A stretch of 64,000 nucleotides of DNA from an uncultured delta proteobacterium (GCA_963827685.1 CAWHBU010000003.1:960001-1024000); one strand, 5' to 3'. Counted from the first letter of the stretch, positions 49,750 through 59,859 are shown. Notes: generated by a model not told the origin, from the sequence alone. Numbers and translations are program-made.

Positions 49750-50170
49750 ATGTAACTGATGATAACGTTAAATTCAAATTCTTGGGGAACTATTTTGGAG
49801 CTACGGCGGACCATTGCAAAATCGATGACGTTGCTGCTTAGGCACAAAGATGCGGTGGTGGCGGTGGTGGGGTCAAAGCTAGGTGGTGGGGTCAAAGCTA
49901 CATTATACAGTTCACTTGGATGAAGGCATGTTGCCAGTTAAGTTTGTTAAATAAGTAGGTTTACAAGCGACCCTGGATTTCACAAATTCAAAGGCTTTAA
50001 GCTCCTCAGACCTCCATTGTGGATTGAGCCCCCGACCAAACCTCCGCCTAAGAACTACTTCCTGCAACTTTCACTTCCAAAATCTTCAAAAACGATGTAT
50101 ATTACACCCATAGATGGCTAATGGACTATGCTCCAGGTTCAATCAAATATAACACTAATAAAGGTATATC

Positions 50171-51148
50171 ATGCCTGAAGCAAAGATCAATGAGACATGC
50201 ATCATTGGCCTTCCAACATGTGGCTATGCATTCAGTAGTGCCCGTATGGCGTTTGTCGCTACACCAGCGGACGAAGAATTCTCGCTAGAATTGCAAATCC
50301 TACAGACTTTATTGCAAGAAAAAGACTATGAAGCCTACATTGCACTACAAAGGCTAGATCCTGCGAAGTTGGCATTCTGCACGAAAATATGCTCGAAGAT
50401 AATCACAAGCCAATTCTGCATCGTACTCCTCAATCAATCGTCACATCGGGAGCACCCTGAGATAAAGATACCAAATCCGAACGTACACTTGGAATATGGC
50501 GTGATGATGGCTTTCAAAAAGTACATTATTCCCTTTCAACGCGAGGGGGAAGCATTAGCCTTCAATATCCAACCATTGGACACGATTCTATACTCCAAAG
50601 GAAAGTTTAAAGCTTTGGCGGATCGTGCAATCGACGACGCTATAATTCGTGCTGGAACCACCGCACGCCCCACTCGTGCTCTTCCGTCGAGTGATATCTT
50701 GCTTAAGTACATATCTGTACGGGGTCTCAGGGTTACCCAGCTCAATTCCAATGAAGCAAATTACTTATTCAACTTAGGCAACCCATTAGGGTTTCTCCTT
50801 TTGGACGGTCAGGATATTGTTTACCTTGGAATGTTCGATCTAGAGCCAGCTAAGGAGGTCGTTTTTCGTCTTAAGCTTCTGCTCCAAACACTTGACCAAC
50901 AGAAGCATCAATTCGACACGGTCCTCTCTAAGCGAATGTCGCCGGAACAAGTTGAGTATATAAATGCTACCTGGAAAAGGCTCGGTGTTGAAGTCATTTT
51001 GTCTGAGGAAATTGATAAAGAGAAAGTCAGGGAGAAAGTCGAGGCACTCACCACCAGTTTCAATAACAAAGTCCCTTGGAAATTACTCTATCATAGGGAT
51101 ATATCTTCAATCATCGAGGTAGAATATTCTAACATCGGTGAAATTTGA
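50171..51148 (+). CDS. Nucleoside 2-deoxyribosyltransferase/TIR-like domain protein
   Basis: AFVATP, KICSKI...FCIV, NPNVHLEYG; unrecognised C-terminal domain. Confidence 0.65.
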   Translation: MPEAKINETCIIGLPTCGYAFSSARMAFVATPADEEFSLELQILQTLLQEKDYEAYIALQRLDPAKLAFCTKICSKIITSQFCIVLLNQSSHREHPEIKIPNPNVHLEYGVMMAFKKYIIPFQREGEALAFNIQPLDTILYSKGKFKALADRAIDDAIIRAGTTARPTRALPSSDILLKYISVRGLRVTQLNSNEANYLFNLGNPLGFLLLDGQDIVYLGMFDLEPAKEVVFRLKLLLQTLDQQKHQFDTVLSKRMSPEQVEYINATWKRLGVEVILSEEIDKEKVREKVEALTTSFNNKVPWKLLYHRDISSIIEVEYSNIGEI

Positions 51149-51440
51149 ACCAAGCGTATCATTTTAATTAACAAAGAGGCCAAACTGACTCGTCCATACA
51201 TGGGTACGAGCTTACGCCCGCATTCTGCTCACATTCAACTCGTAATCTTCAACCACACGCCCTATGTGGAATTGCAGATAAGTAGGTTTAACAAGTAATC
51301 CCCTTTTCAAGGCTTCCTTCCTGAAATCTTGTTTTTTGTTTTCCACCCTTCTATGCAACATTTCAATCGTAAATCAGCAAGGGGAGTTAAGTTCCTGGGG
51401 GAATTTTTTCTCTGTCCCCAATTCAAACTCTAATTTCTCA

Positions 51441-51474
51441 TTGACACCCTATTTGATTATTTATAAAATCAAAT
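51441..51474 (+). promoter_or_regulatory. sigma70 promoter overlapped by an inverted repeat
   Basis: TTGACA-17-TAAAAT; inverted repeat ATTTGATT/AATCAAAT. Confidence 0.65.
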
Positions 51475-51544
51475 CGAAATTGGAGCCGTCCTTTATTAAC
51501 CCTTAATATAGATAAAACCCAAGTCTAAACGATAGGAGGGATTC

Positions 51545-51991
51545 ATGGGCAAGTTGGAAGCGACTATCAAATCTGAAATTGTACGTTTGGCAAAAAGGGA
51601 GATGCATAAGACCTTAGTTCCATTGGGTCGGGATGTGCGGTTATTGAAGAGCACGGTCTCCCAACTTCGCAAAACAGTCTTGGCATTAGAACGATTAGCA
51701 GCCCAACAGCAAAAGGAGTTGAAAAAGAGAAAGGTACCATTGGAGGCGACTCCGGAAGAGGTTAAAAAATCCCGCTTCTCCCCAGCCCTAATCCGAAGCC
51801 TCCGGAGACACTTACGGATCACTCAGAAGGAACTGGCCATTCTTACAGGTGTCACCGTCGGGGCAGCTCATCAGTGGGAGATAGGGAAGTTTAAACCAAA
51901 GGATAAAAAGAAATCAGTAATGGTGGGGCTCCGAAAGCTTGGTCGCCGTGATGTGAGAAAACTCCTCGACGAAAAGACTACTCTCAGGTAG
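51545..51991 (+). CDS. XRE-family HTH protein with N-terminal coiled coil
   Basis: IRSLRRHLRITQKELAILTGVTVGAAHQWEIGKFKP. Confidence 0.9.
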   Translation: MGKLEATIKSEIVRLAKREMHKTLVPLGRDVRLLKSTVSQLRKTVLALERLAAQQQKELKKRKVPLEATPEEVKKSRFSPALIRSLRRHLRITQKELAILTGVTVGAAHQWEIGKFKPKDKKKSVMVGLRKLGRRDVRKLLDEKTTLR

Positions 51992-52129
51992 TTCAACAAG
52001 AAGCCCTTACCCGACTACTCGTGGAGAAAGGGATATTTACCAAGGAGGAGTTTTTGGAGATGGTGAGGATGGTAAATGAAGATGAAGAGGAAAAAGGAAA
52101 GGGACAGAATAGGAAGGAGGTATGTGATT

Positions 52130-52546
52130 ATGAAGTCTCTATTAATAAGTGTTTTAATGGGTGTAGCCGTTTTGTTAGGGATTTTTTCGTGTGCCACAGT
52201 GCCAACCGAACCTCTCGGTTCGGGCGAGCTAAGATTATTAGGTATGCAAGTTCCGGCAAGTGGGAATCTGGTATTGGGCCTCTCTTATAACATTTATTTT
52301 ACTTTTGAGGCGGACGGTAAGCCAGAGATGAGCAGAGCCTGTTGCTACTGGACAGGTGAACCGGATCGTCAGTACTGTTATAAGGTAAAGGATGTAACAT
52401 ATGGATCGCCAGGGAATTTCTGCATCGACCTTTCCCCTCCTTACCCTGATCAACAAAGATTGAGATGTTATGTGGATTATGTCCGTGACGGGAAAAGGCA
52501 ACGGACTAATGCTGTAACCTCTCTTGTCACTGGTGTTTCATTCTGA
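52130..52546 (+). CDS. Hypothetical lipoprotein
   Basis: Signal peptide ending IFSC; GGAGG RBS. Confidence 0.7.
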   Translation: MKSLLISVLMGVAVLLGIFSCATVPTEPLGSGELRLLGMQVPASGNLVLGLSYNIYFTFEADGKPEMSRACCYWTGEPDRQYCYKVKDVTYGSPGNFCIDLSPPYPDQQRLRCYVDYVRDGKRQRTNAVTSLVTGVSF

Positions 52547-52606
52547 GGAGTGCTCCTAACCCTAACCAATTTCAACACAAAGATAACCCATCAAAGAAGG
52601 ATATGA

Positions 52607-52891
52607 ATGAAAAGAATGATAATTTTCTTAATCGTTTCTTTCTTTGTGTTTTTTTTCAATGGACTCCTCTTCGCCAAGGATGATTATTCGGGAGACCTTT
52701 CTACACCGGAAGTTGTTTTGGACGTTCTTTTGGTTAGACCGCAGGGATTCATGCAAATACCCTTAGGAGCAGTGGCCTTCGTGATCTCCCTTCCAGTTAT
52801 CATCCCTCTTAAAAAGACGGATGAGGCGAAAGAATTCCTGATTACGTATCCTTACTATTATTATTTTAAAAGGCCTCTCGGAGAGATGTAG
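52607..52891 (+). CDS. Small exported/membrane hypothetical protein
   Basis: Signal peptide, DVLLVRP, hydrophobic core, KRPLGE end. Confidence 0.7.
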   Translation: MKRMIIFLIVSFFVFFFNGLLFAKDDYSGDLSTPEVVLDVLLVRPQGFMQIPLGAVAFVISLPVIIPLKKTDEAKEFLITYPYYYYFKRPLGEM

Positions 52892-53066
52892 ATTATTTCA
52901 TTTGAAGAGGTCTACAAAAAGCCCTCGCCAAGTTGCTTGTTGAAAAAGGATAATCACCAAGGAGGAGTTTTTCGAGATGGCGAAGGTGGTGGATCGGGAG
53001 ATGAAGAGAGAAAGAGTAAAAGGAGGATAGCACCTAATTAAAATGGTAAACCTAAAAGTAGAAGTC

Positions 53067-53651
53067 ATGAAGAAAGCTAAGATTTTAGCTATTTTATTCA
53101 CCATCTTTTTGATAGGTTGTTTTGCTTCCACTCGGCCTTCTAAATCTCGCCCATACCCAAATGGCTTCAGGGATATCAAGTGGGGAACCAAGATTTCTAC
53201 GTTGAAAGACATGGAGGAAGTTGAACAAGACAAAGCCTCTGGTAGGGACTTGGTCTGGTATACAAGAAAAGGGGATACCTTAGCGATAGGTGAGGCAAAA
53301 CTTGAAAACATACTCTATTCATTTTGGATGGGAAATTTCGAGGGTGTATAGATCGATTTTAAAGGTGAGGGAAATTTTGAGGCTCTTAAAAAAGAGTTAT
53401 TTGAACAATTCGGAAAAGCCCTTGAGTCTGAGGAAGTTATGAAAAAGATGGATAGAGGGGAGCCATCGACGATAGAACATGCGGAAGAATTTTATGCCTG
53501 GTGGGGCAAATATACAGAGATGTCGTTGTCGTATTCCAAGGATCGACATAAGGGAACCCTCTATATTAATTTCAGGATAATTAGCGAGGAGAGAAGAGCC
53601 TATGAAAAACAGAAGGAAAAAGAAAAAAGGTTAAAAGAAAGGGGATTCTGA
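53067..53651 (+). pseudogene. Lipoprotein interrupted by an in-frame TAG at 53349-51
   Basis: LIGC lipobox; the ORFs starting 53043 and 53439 share a frame with a single stop between them. Confidence 0.75.
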
Positions 53652-54146
53652 TATATCGAAGTAACAACTTGGCTTTGACTTAGGGTTTACCCTTTGTTTC
53701 AATCAGAAATCAACAAATCTTCAAAGCGCCAAACTTTCCGCTTTGTAGGTGAAATATTCCAATCAAGATTTCTTCTGCCTCTCTCTGTCAAATAATATAT
53801 TGATCAGGACAGGAGTGAAAGATTTGTCAAAGTGAAAAATCTGAAAAATCTGTCTTTCGAGGTTCTCCCTAAAGCGTTTCACGGTCTAAAGTTTACATTT
53901 TGATTTTACGAAGGTGTTTTGCTAAGTCTATTCTGCATAGCCACCTGTGACGACAACAAAAAAAGAGTGAGCAGGCTTACCTCTTATAATCCCCCAGATG
54001 AACCAAGAGGATCATAAAGGGTGCTCACTGAATTTAAACCATTTCTTTACAAGGTTAGATTCAATTGTGGAAAAGGAATTTAGATGGGACTTTCTTTAGA
54101 TGATAGGATGTTTTTAGAAGGGTTCACCTTGGATGATGGTCAGTCA

Positions 54147-54668
54147 CTAAAGAATCAACTCCTTTCTGGAATTGTGAATTCTTGCAGCCATCACCTCATC
54201 TTCAATATCTCCGAACACACGAAACCTCATTTGACGCTTCCACGTTTTTAAAAAAGCTAACATTGAGTTATGTGCGACCCAGAAGTAACCGTATCCGATG
54301 CCATATTTGTCGTTGGCGTTCTCCTTGACCTTCCCTGATAATTCATACATTCTCGTGACCGCTTCCTGAATCAAGTCCTCCTTGATACTTTGTGCAATAG
54401 GGCTGCATCTGAAGTTTTTCCAGTACACTCTCTTGGCAGTGGAGTAAGATGTTGCAGAATCGAAATTTTCTGGATCGATGATAATCTGTTTCTTAGAATA
54501 GTTTTTTACAAAGAATCCTTGCTTCAAAACTTCTCTCGCTCTTTTTGATGACAAACCGTATTTCTCCTTGATCTCTTTGGGTGTCATCTGTGGTGGAATG
54601 AAGATTTTTTCTCTGCGGATTTCTGGGACGGAGTTCATATTCAGCCTCCTTTCGTTTTGGAATGGCAA
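54147..54668 (-). CDS. Hypothetical protein with a sigma70 region-2-like segment
   Basis: IKEDLIQEAVTRMY...YFWVAHN resembles ECF region 2. Confidence 0.5.
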   Translation of the reverse strand: MPFQNERRLNMNSVPEIRREKIFIPPQMTPKEIKEKYGLSSKRAREVLKQGFFVKNYSKKQIIIDPENFDSATSYSTAKRVYWKNFRCSPIAQSIKEDLIQEAVTRMYELSGKVKENANDKYGIGYGYFWVAHNSMLAFLKTWKRQMRFRVFGDIEDEVMAARIHNSRKELIL

Positions 54669-54806
54669 TTCTTTTAGTGAAAAAGGACTTTTGGGAAATC
54701 CGGTGGGGAATGATTTTTGATCTTTTGACAGGTAGGTTTTTGGGTAGGCTTAAAGGTTAGGGACGGTTTGGAATGAAGTGATGAATCGTGGGTCGCTCTC
54801 GAAGGA

Positions 54807-54928
54807 TCACAGTAGAAAATTCTCACAGTAGAATTTTAGTCCGGGGACAGAGTGGAATTTGATACTGTCAACCGGTGCCTCTATTTCTCCTTATTACTGT
54901 GAAAGCTACTGTCTGAAATACTGTGAGA
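54807..54928. repeat. Inverted array of CACAGTA / TACTGT motifs
   Basis: TCACAGTAGAA at 54807 and 54823; TACTGT at 54863, 54895, 54907 and 54919. Confidence 0.7.
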
Positions 54929-55040
54929 GTTGAGAATGAGTAATCAAGCGAATAAGACCTTTGGAATTAATATATGTAGAGTTGTGGGTGTCTTGACTGA
55001 AGAACTGGAGACTAAACTGGAGTGAATGGAATTCCTTACT

Positions 55041-56075
55041 TCAAAAATTGGAGATTTCTATTATACCGTCCAATACGCCTTTAACATCATTATCTATATA
55101 ATCAAATTCTCTCATGTCTAATAAGTTAAAATAACAATATCGGTCAAATTCTTTATTTTGCCTCTTATAATAACAATACCTATAACCATTGGTCGTAACT
55201 ATTCGCTTACAGTTTGGAAAATCTGAAGCATAATGATCAAGTTGTTTTTGAGCAAACAATAAGCCATCATCAAATGTTTTTGTTTCAATAAGCATCAATG
55301 GCTCATCTTTAGTTCCTTTTTTATATGGTTGCTCAAATAAAGCAATATCTACTTTATAATACTCAATCTTAATTTTTTGTTCTGACCAACCTAGAGATAA
55401 TAAGAATGGTATTACCATAAATGTACGTAATTCATGTTCAAGAACTGTGGGATCATTTTTAGTATACCACTTTACTAATACTATAATACGCCCGATAGTT
55501 TCTGTTATGTTGAAAGCGTCCGATATTCTGATTCCTGACTCTATCAGATGATTTTTTATGTCATCTTCATTTACTTGGTTGGGATACTTCAATTCGCCTA
55601 GCTTTCTTTTTGAATGAACCCTTTTTAAATTGTGATTATTTATTATATCTTTTATTTTTTCATAGTTTTTTTCCACGGAGGACATTGTGCTATACCCTAT
55701 TAAAGCAGATGGCAAAACTATGTCAGTCTCATCTTCTTTAACATACCATTCGGCCGTAACAAAGTGATTTAAATCCCAGCCATGTATATCGGATAGGTTT
55801 AATGAGAAATCATAATCTTTAACTACAACCCCAACTGCTTTAATTAATGTTTGTCCCCTCCGTAACAAAACAATATCACCCTCTTTGATTTCCATTAAGT
55901 ATTTTCCCCAGTCTTTTAATCCAGTTTTTTTATAATATTTCTCCGTTTCAGGATTTCTAGAATCACCTGGGCCTCCTGGTCCAACAATTGCGATCCCAAA
56001 GTCCAAACAGAGTTTGCTATAATCTCTTGTTGCGTCGCCAGTTCCTATTTGCCATATGTGTTGGTTTTCTATCAT
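55041..56075 (-). CDS. Putative restriction endonuclease: PUA/EVE-like N-terminus plus HsdR_N-like PD-(D/E)xK nuclease
   Basis: IKEGDIVL...KAVGVV; PFLLSLGW, VDIAL, LIETK, TNG; AT-rich. Confidence 0.7.
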   Translation of the reverse strand: MIENQHIWQIGTGDATRDYSKLCLDFGIAIVGPGGPGDSRNPETEKYYKKTGLKDWGKYLMEIKEGDIVLLRRGQTLIKAVGVVVKDYDFSLNLSDIHGWDLNHFVTAEWYVKEDETDIVLPSALIGYSTMSSVEKNYEKIKDIINNHNLKRVHSKRKLGELKYPNQVNEDDIKNHLIESGIRISDAFNITETIGRIIVLVKWYTKNDPTVLEHELRTFMVIPFLLSLGWSEQKIKIEYYKVDIALFEQPYKKGTKDEPLMLIETKTFDDGLLFAQKQLDHYASDFPNCKRIVTTNGYRYCYYKRQNKEFDRYCYFNLLDMREFDYIDNDVKGVLDGIIEISNF

Positions 56076-56133
56076 ATATACCCTCCGTTCAGTCACCTAT
56101 ACGTCTTTAAGAATACGCCTATCTAGAAAACAT

Positions 56134-57152
56134 TGCAACTTGGATGAGGCGATTGGGTTAGAGTCAGGGGAGAGTGTTACGTTAGGGGTGAGGGAGAGGA
56201 GTTTATGGGCAGCGGTGGAGGTCAGTTATGAGAAGGCGCATGAGTTTTTAGAGAAGTTTACGGGGTTAGAGGTTAGTCGGAAGAAGATTCACGGGATGGC
56301 GTTAGAGGAAGGGGATAGGATTGGCCGATGGGAGGAGCAGAGGCGCCGGGAGGTGTTTGAGGAGGGGCGAGGGGTGGAGGGCGGAGGGTCGGAGAGAGTC
56401 CCGGAGGTGCTTTATGTTCAGGTGGATGGGACAGCGGTCAATGGGCGGGGGGCTGGGGAGTGGATGGAATGCAAGGTAGGAGCAAGTTTTAGTGAACGGA
56501 TGAAGGTGTCGAAGGATCGGTTTTGGCTGAGGGACAAGAAGAGCTATGCATCGATTGAAGGGATTGAGGCGTTTGGAGAAAAGTTTTTCCTAGAATGTGT
56601 GAGGCAGGGGGTTCTGAAGGCCAAGGAGGTTATTTTTATTGGGGATGGGGCCAATTGGATCCGGACGTTGAAGGAGGGTTACTTTCCGGAGGCGATCGGG
56701 GTCTTAGATATCTGGCATTTAGAGAAGGAGCTGAGGTGGGCTCTAGGAGAGGAGAACCAGAGGGTCATTGAAGAGCTCAAAGGATTCGCTTTCGAAGGGA
56801 AGGGTTCAGAGATTATTCAGCGGCTTATGGGAGAGGGAGCGAGGGTTGGGGAGATTGAGCGGAGGAAGAAGATCTTGGAAGCGATGACTTATGTGAGGAA
56901 TAACTTGGATTGGATTGGAAACATACCGAAGGTCAAGGGCTATGGGTCAGGGCCTGTGGAGAAGACCGTGGATATCACGGTCGCCCGGAGGTTTAAGAAA
57001 CGAGGGATGAATTGGCATCGGGGTGGCGCTAACCCTCTTCTGAAATTGAGACTCTTGAAGCTTAACGGGGAATGGGGGACTTATTGGGCGCAACGACAAA
57101 GAGAGGTAGCACGATACGCCGCATGATCTCATCACAGGAAAAGAGATGCTTA
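56134..57152 (+). mobile_element. 5'-truncated ISKra4/ISLre2-type (UPF0236) transposase
   Basis: VQVDGT, IGDGANWI, LDIWHL, GSGPVEK, RFKKRGMNW; G-rich composition begins about 56134. Confidence 0.85.
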
Positions 57153-58030
57153 CATTCCTGAATGATTACTCGGAAATTGTTTTGTTTAGAGATAAACTGA
57201 TTTCATTGATTCTTCCCTATGTGCGTGAAGCATACGAAGAATTAATTAGGCAAACTCCACACATTGAACAAGAAATTAACAAGGTAGGTGGACTGAGCCA
57301 GGTTGTTCAGCACGATACGGAGGTATTTGTCAATGCGCAATACGAAGCAACTGGGGATGAAATCTACATCCTTTCATTCTGTGGACAGCATAAGAACCCT
57401 CAGATCAACAGGAATGGGCTATTGAGTCAGTGGCGTGGTTATGGAGCTGGAGGTGGTTTCGCTTTAGTATTTAATACTCAAAAATTGGAAGAAATGATGG
57501 AAATAGAAGCAAAGAAATACGAATACAGTGCAATGCATCTTTGTGATCTTGTGTATAGCGACGATGAAAATAAGTTAAAGGAGGAGCTATCTGAAGATCT
57601 TTCCATTATTGCCGGAGATGTAAAAACACTTTTTAATCGCGTAAAGTTAAGCGAGAAAGAAAAGGCAGATGCTCTGAAAGGCTATTTCTCTTTTGTTCGT
57701 TGTATCAGCCGGTATAAGCATTATGGTTTTAGGGAAGAGAATGAGGTTAGAATGGTTGTTTTGCCCACCGTCCTAGAGGAGGAGTTATTGAAATTAGCTA
57801 GTACGCATGGTGCTATACCGAAACCTGAGAAAGAGAGAAAATTTCGCGACAAAAATGGCCAGCCCATACCTTATATCGAACTCTTCAACTCAATTGATAT
57901 TGAACTTCCGATAGAAAGAATTATCGTTGGCCCTCACAAAGAAAAGGAAGCCCGCGCAGCTGCATTACGTGTGATATTGAGGAACACAAAAATTGAAATA
58001 ATATGTTCTGATATTCCTTTTGTTGGCTAG
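57146..58030 (+). CDS. DUF2971 domain protein, likely N-terminally truncated
   Basis: FLND..E, LSFC, LSQWRGYG, YKH..F.EENEVR, PYIEL, IIVGP, SDIPF. Confidence 0.8.
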   Translation: MLTFLNDYSEIVLFRDKLISLILPYVREAYEELIRQTPHIEQEINKVGGLSQVVQHDTEVFVNAQYEATGDEIYILSFCGQHKNPQINRNGLLSQWRGYGAGGGFALVFNTQKLEEMMEIEAKKYEYSAMHLCDLVYSDDENKLKEELSEDLSIIAGDVKTLFNRVKLSEKEKADALKGYFSFVRCISRYKHYGFREENEVRMVVLPTVLEEELLKLASTHGAIPKPEKERKFRDKNGQPIPYIELFNSIDIELPIERIIVGPHKEKEARAAALRVILRNTKIEIICSDIPFVG

Positions 58031-58058
58031 CCAAGATTTATGGCAAAAAATATTGAAT

Positions 58059-58146
58059 ACTTAACCAATCACTTGAGCGGACTGGAAGAAGTACGGTGAC
58101 CTTACGGCAAAATTTGGTGACCGGTTGCTGAGTTCAAATGTTAGCA
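58059..58146 (+). other. Degenerate integron attC-like site
   Basis: ACTTAAC ... acttgagc / gctgagt inner arms ... GTTAGCA, 88 bp, just downstream of the DUF2971 gene. Confidence 0.55.
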
Positions 58147-58250
58147 TTAAGGAAACCATCAAGGCAGAACGTGCAACTGAACCAGCTTCTGAGCTTAAAT
58201 GTTATCCACCATGAATCGATGAACTACTTTGAATGGCTGGCACACCATGA

Positions 58251-59390
58251 TTGGTTGGAAAACATCGCAGGCTTCTGGCATTTTGTCGCAGTTTCATTGT
58301 ACGGAAAATACTCTCACTTCCTAAAGGAAAGACCATGATAGGCATCCTCACCATCCTTCTTGTGTCCGGTCTTGCGGCTAAGCTCTTGGACAGCTGGCTG
58401 AGGAAGAGTGAAAAGGATAAGCTAACAGATAAGCTTACTGGTATATGGCTAAAGATTGACAACTCCAGCCTTGTTTCCGTTTCTCTGGCTCCCGTGCGCG
58501 TATTTTCACTCATTCTGGACACACTCCTAGGCGATAAAATATTTACTGGCAAAGCCCTTCGGAGGACAGCGATATTGTCAACATGTCTCATGGTTGTTTC
58601 CTTATCAATTGGTGGCATTAGTGTAAAAACACCCTTTGCACTTAAAACACCGCCATGGATATCTTTTGATGACCAAATGAAGGCTTTTGCAGATTATCCC
58701 AAAGTTTTTGATCAAACGATTCAGAACCAAAAAAATTTGAGTCCACAGATGTTGGAGTTATTCACCAAGCACAAAAACTTTCTTGTTGCAATAACCAAGT
58801 ACAACACCACAAGTAACAAAATCGTTTACTCAGTTTCGACAATAATTCTAATACTGCTGGTAAGCATTGTGATTTACATTGTTTCATTTGCCATCTCAAG
58901 GATGATGGTTCGTGAAGCTACGGAGGCAAACACTCCTTTATTAATGATGTCTATATTCTTTCTTAACCTATGCATAGGAATTATAGCTGAAGGGATTTCA
59001 TTCTTATTAATATGCTCAGCCACTTACTCGCTGATGGTGCTATCCTTTGGTTATGTCTTCGTCTTCGTCCCTTTACTCCCTATTCGGTTCCCCAGCATAA
59101 TTTTATTAACAATCTCATTAGCCCCATTGGCAGCCCTGACTACTCTAATCTGGTTTCTGAGCCCTCCTTGGATTAAAATATTGGCGGCCGTCGCCATTCT
59201 CCCTATGATCTGTCTTATTCTTGTGCTTTTCATCAGCTCTCTCTTGTTCCCTTTTCGCAAGCAGATTAGATACCTACTGAGCCAGGGATTATTGAGGGCT
59301 CTGGAACATGAAAAGGGAATCTTCGTTCTTATCTCTGTTACCTTTAGTTGTATCGGAGGAATTGCAGTGGCAATAGCTAAATTGTTCTAG
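58251..59390 (+). CDS. Multi-pass membrane hypothetical protein
   Basis: Long ORF with many hydrophobic segments; start uncertain. Confidence 0.7.
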   Translation: MVGKHRRLLAFCRSFIVRKILSLPKGKTMIGILTILLVSGLAAKLLDSWLRKSEKDKLTDKLTGIWLKIDNSSLVSVSLAPVRVFSLILDTLLGDKIFTGKALRRTAILSTCLMVVSLSIGGISVKTPFALKTPPWISFDDQMKAFADYPKVFDQTIQNQKNLSPQMLELFTKHKNFLVAITKYNTTSNKIVYSVSTIILILLVSIVIYIVSFAISRMMVREATEANTPLLMMSIFFLNLCIGIIAEGISFLLICSATYSLMVLSFGYVFVFVPLLPIRFPSIILLTISLAPLAALTTLIWFLSPPWIKILAAVAILPMICLILVLFISSLLFPFRKQIRYLLSQGLLRALEHEKGIFVLISVTFSCIGGIAVAIAKLF

Positions 59391-59859
59391 TCTGTTGATG
59401 TGGTCATGTCTTCGAGATCAGGGGACGCGTCCGGGAATGGGGGGCGGGTATTGATATATTGACATTTGAATGCAGGGGGACTTTCATAAACAAATAAATT
59501 ACCGGCCAGTCAAAGGCTAAACTGGCACTATATCAAGGTCAGGCTATCCAAATTAAGGTCATTTCTCTGCCCAACTGTCCGCAATAACCACCTCAGCCTC
59601 TACTGGGACGACCTTCAGAAAACTCCTTCCGGCATCCTCCATCGTTTCCTTCAGAATAAGAGCCACCGTCTTATAAAAGGGTGTTTAATGGTGTTAAGGT
59701 GCGTTTATCCCCTCTCTAAACAGCTGTCTCAAATATAACCGGTTAATCCTGTTCATTTAATGATGGATAATCCTTGAGGTGTTAAGGTGTTCAAGCACAA
59801 ACGAAGCCTGATAGGATTTCTTGGTTATCCGTTTGCGTTGTGTTATGCGATGTTGATTT

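Noticed and set aside
56056-56133. N-terminus of the 356-aa transposase ORF
   Set aside because: Chance open frame overlapping the start of the opposite-strand nuclease gene; composition shifts at about 56134
59688-59790. GGTGTTAAGGTG repeated twice
   Set aside because: Could be mobile-element debris, but no ORF or further structure supports a call
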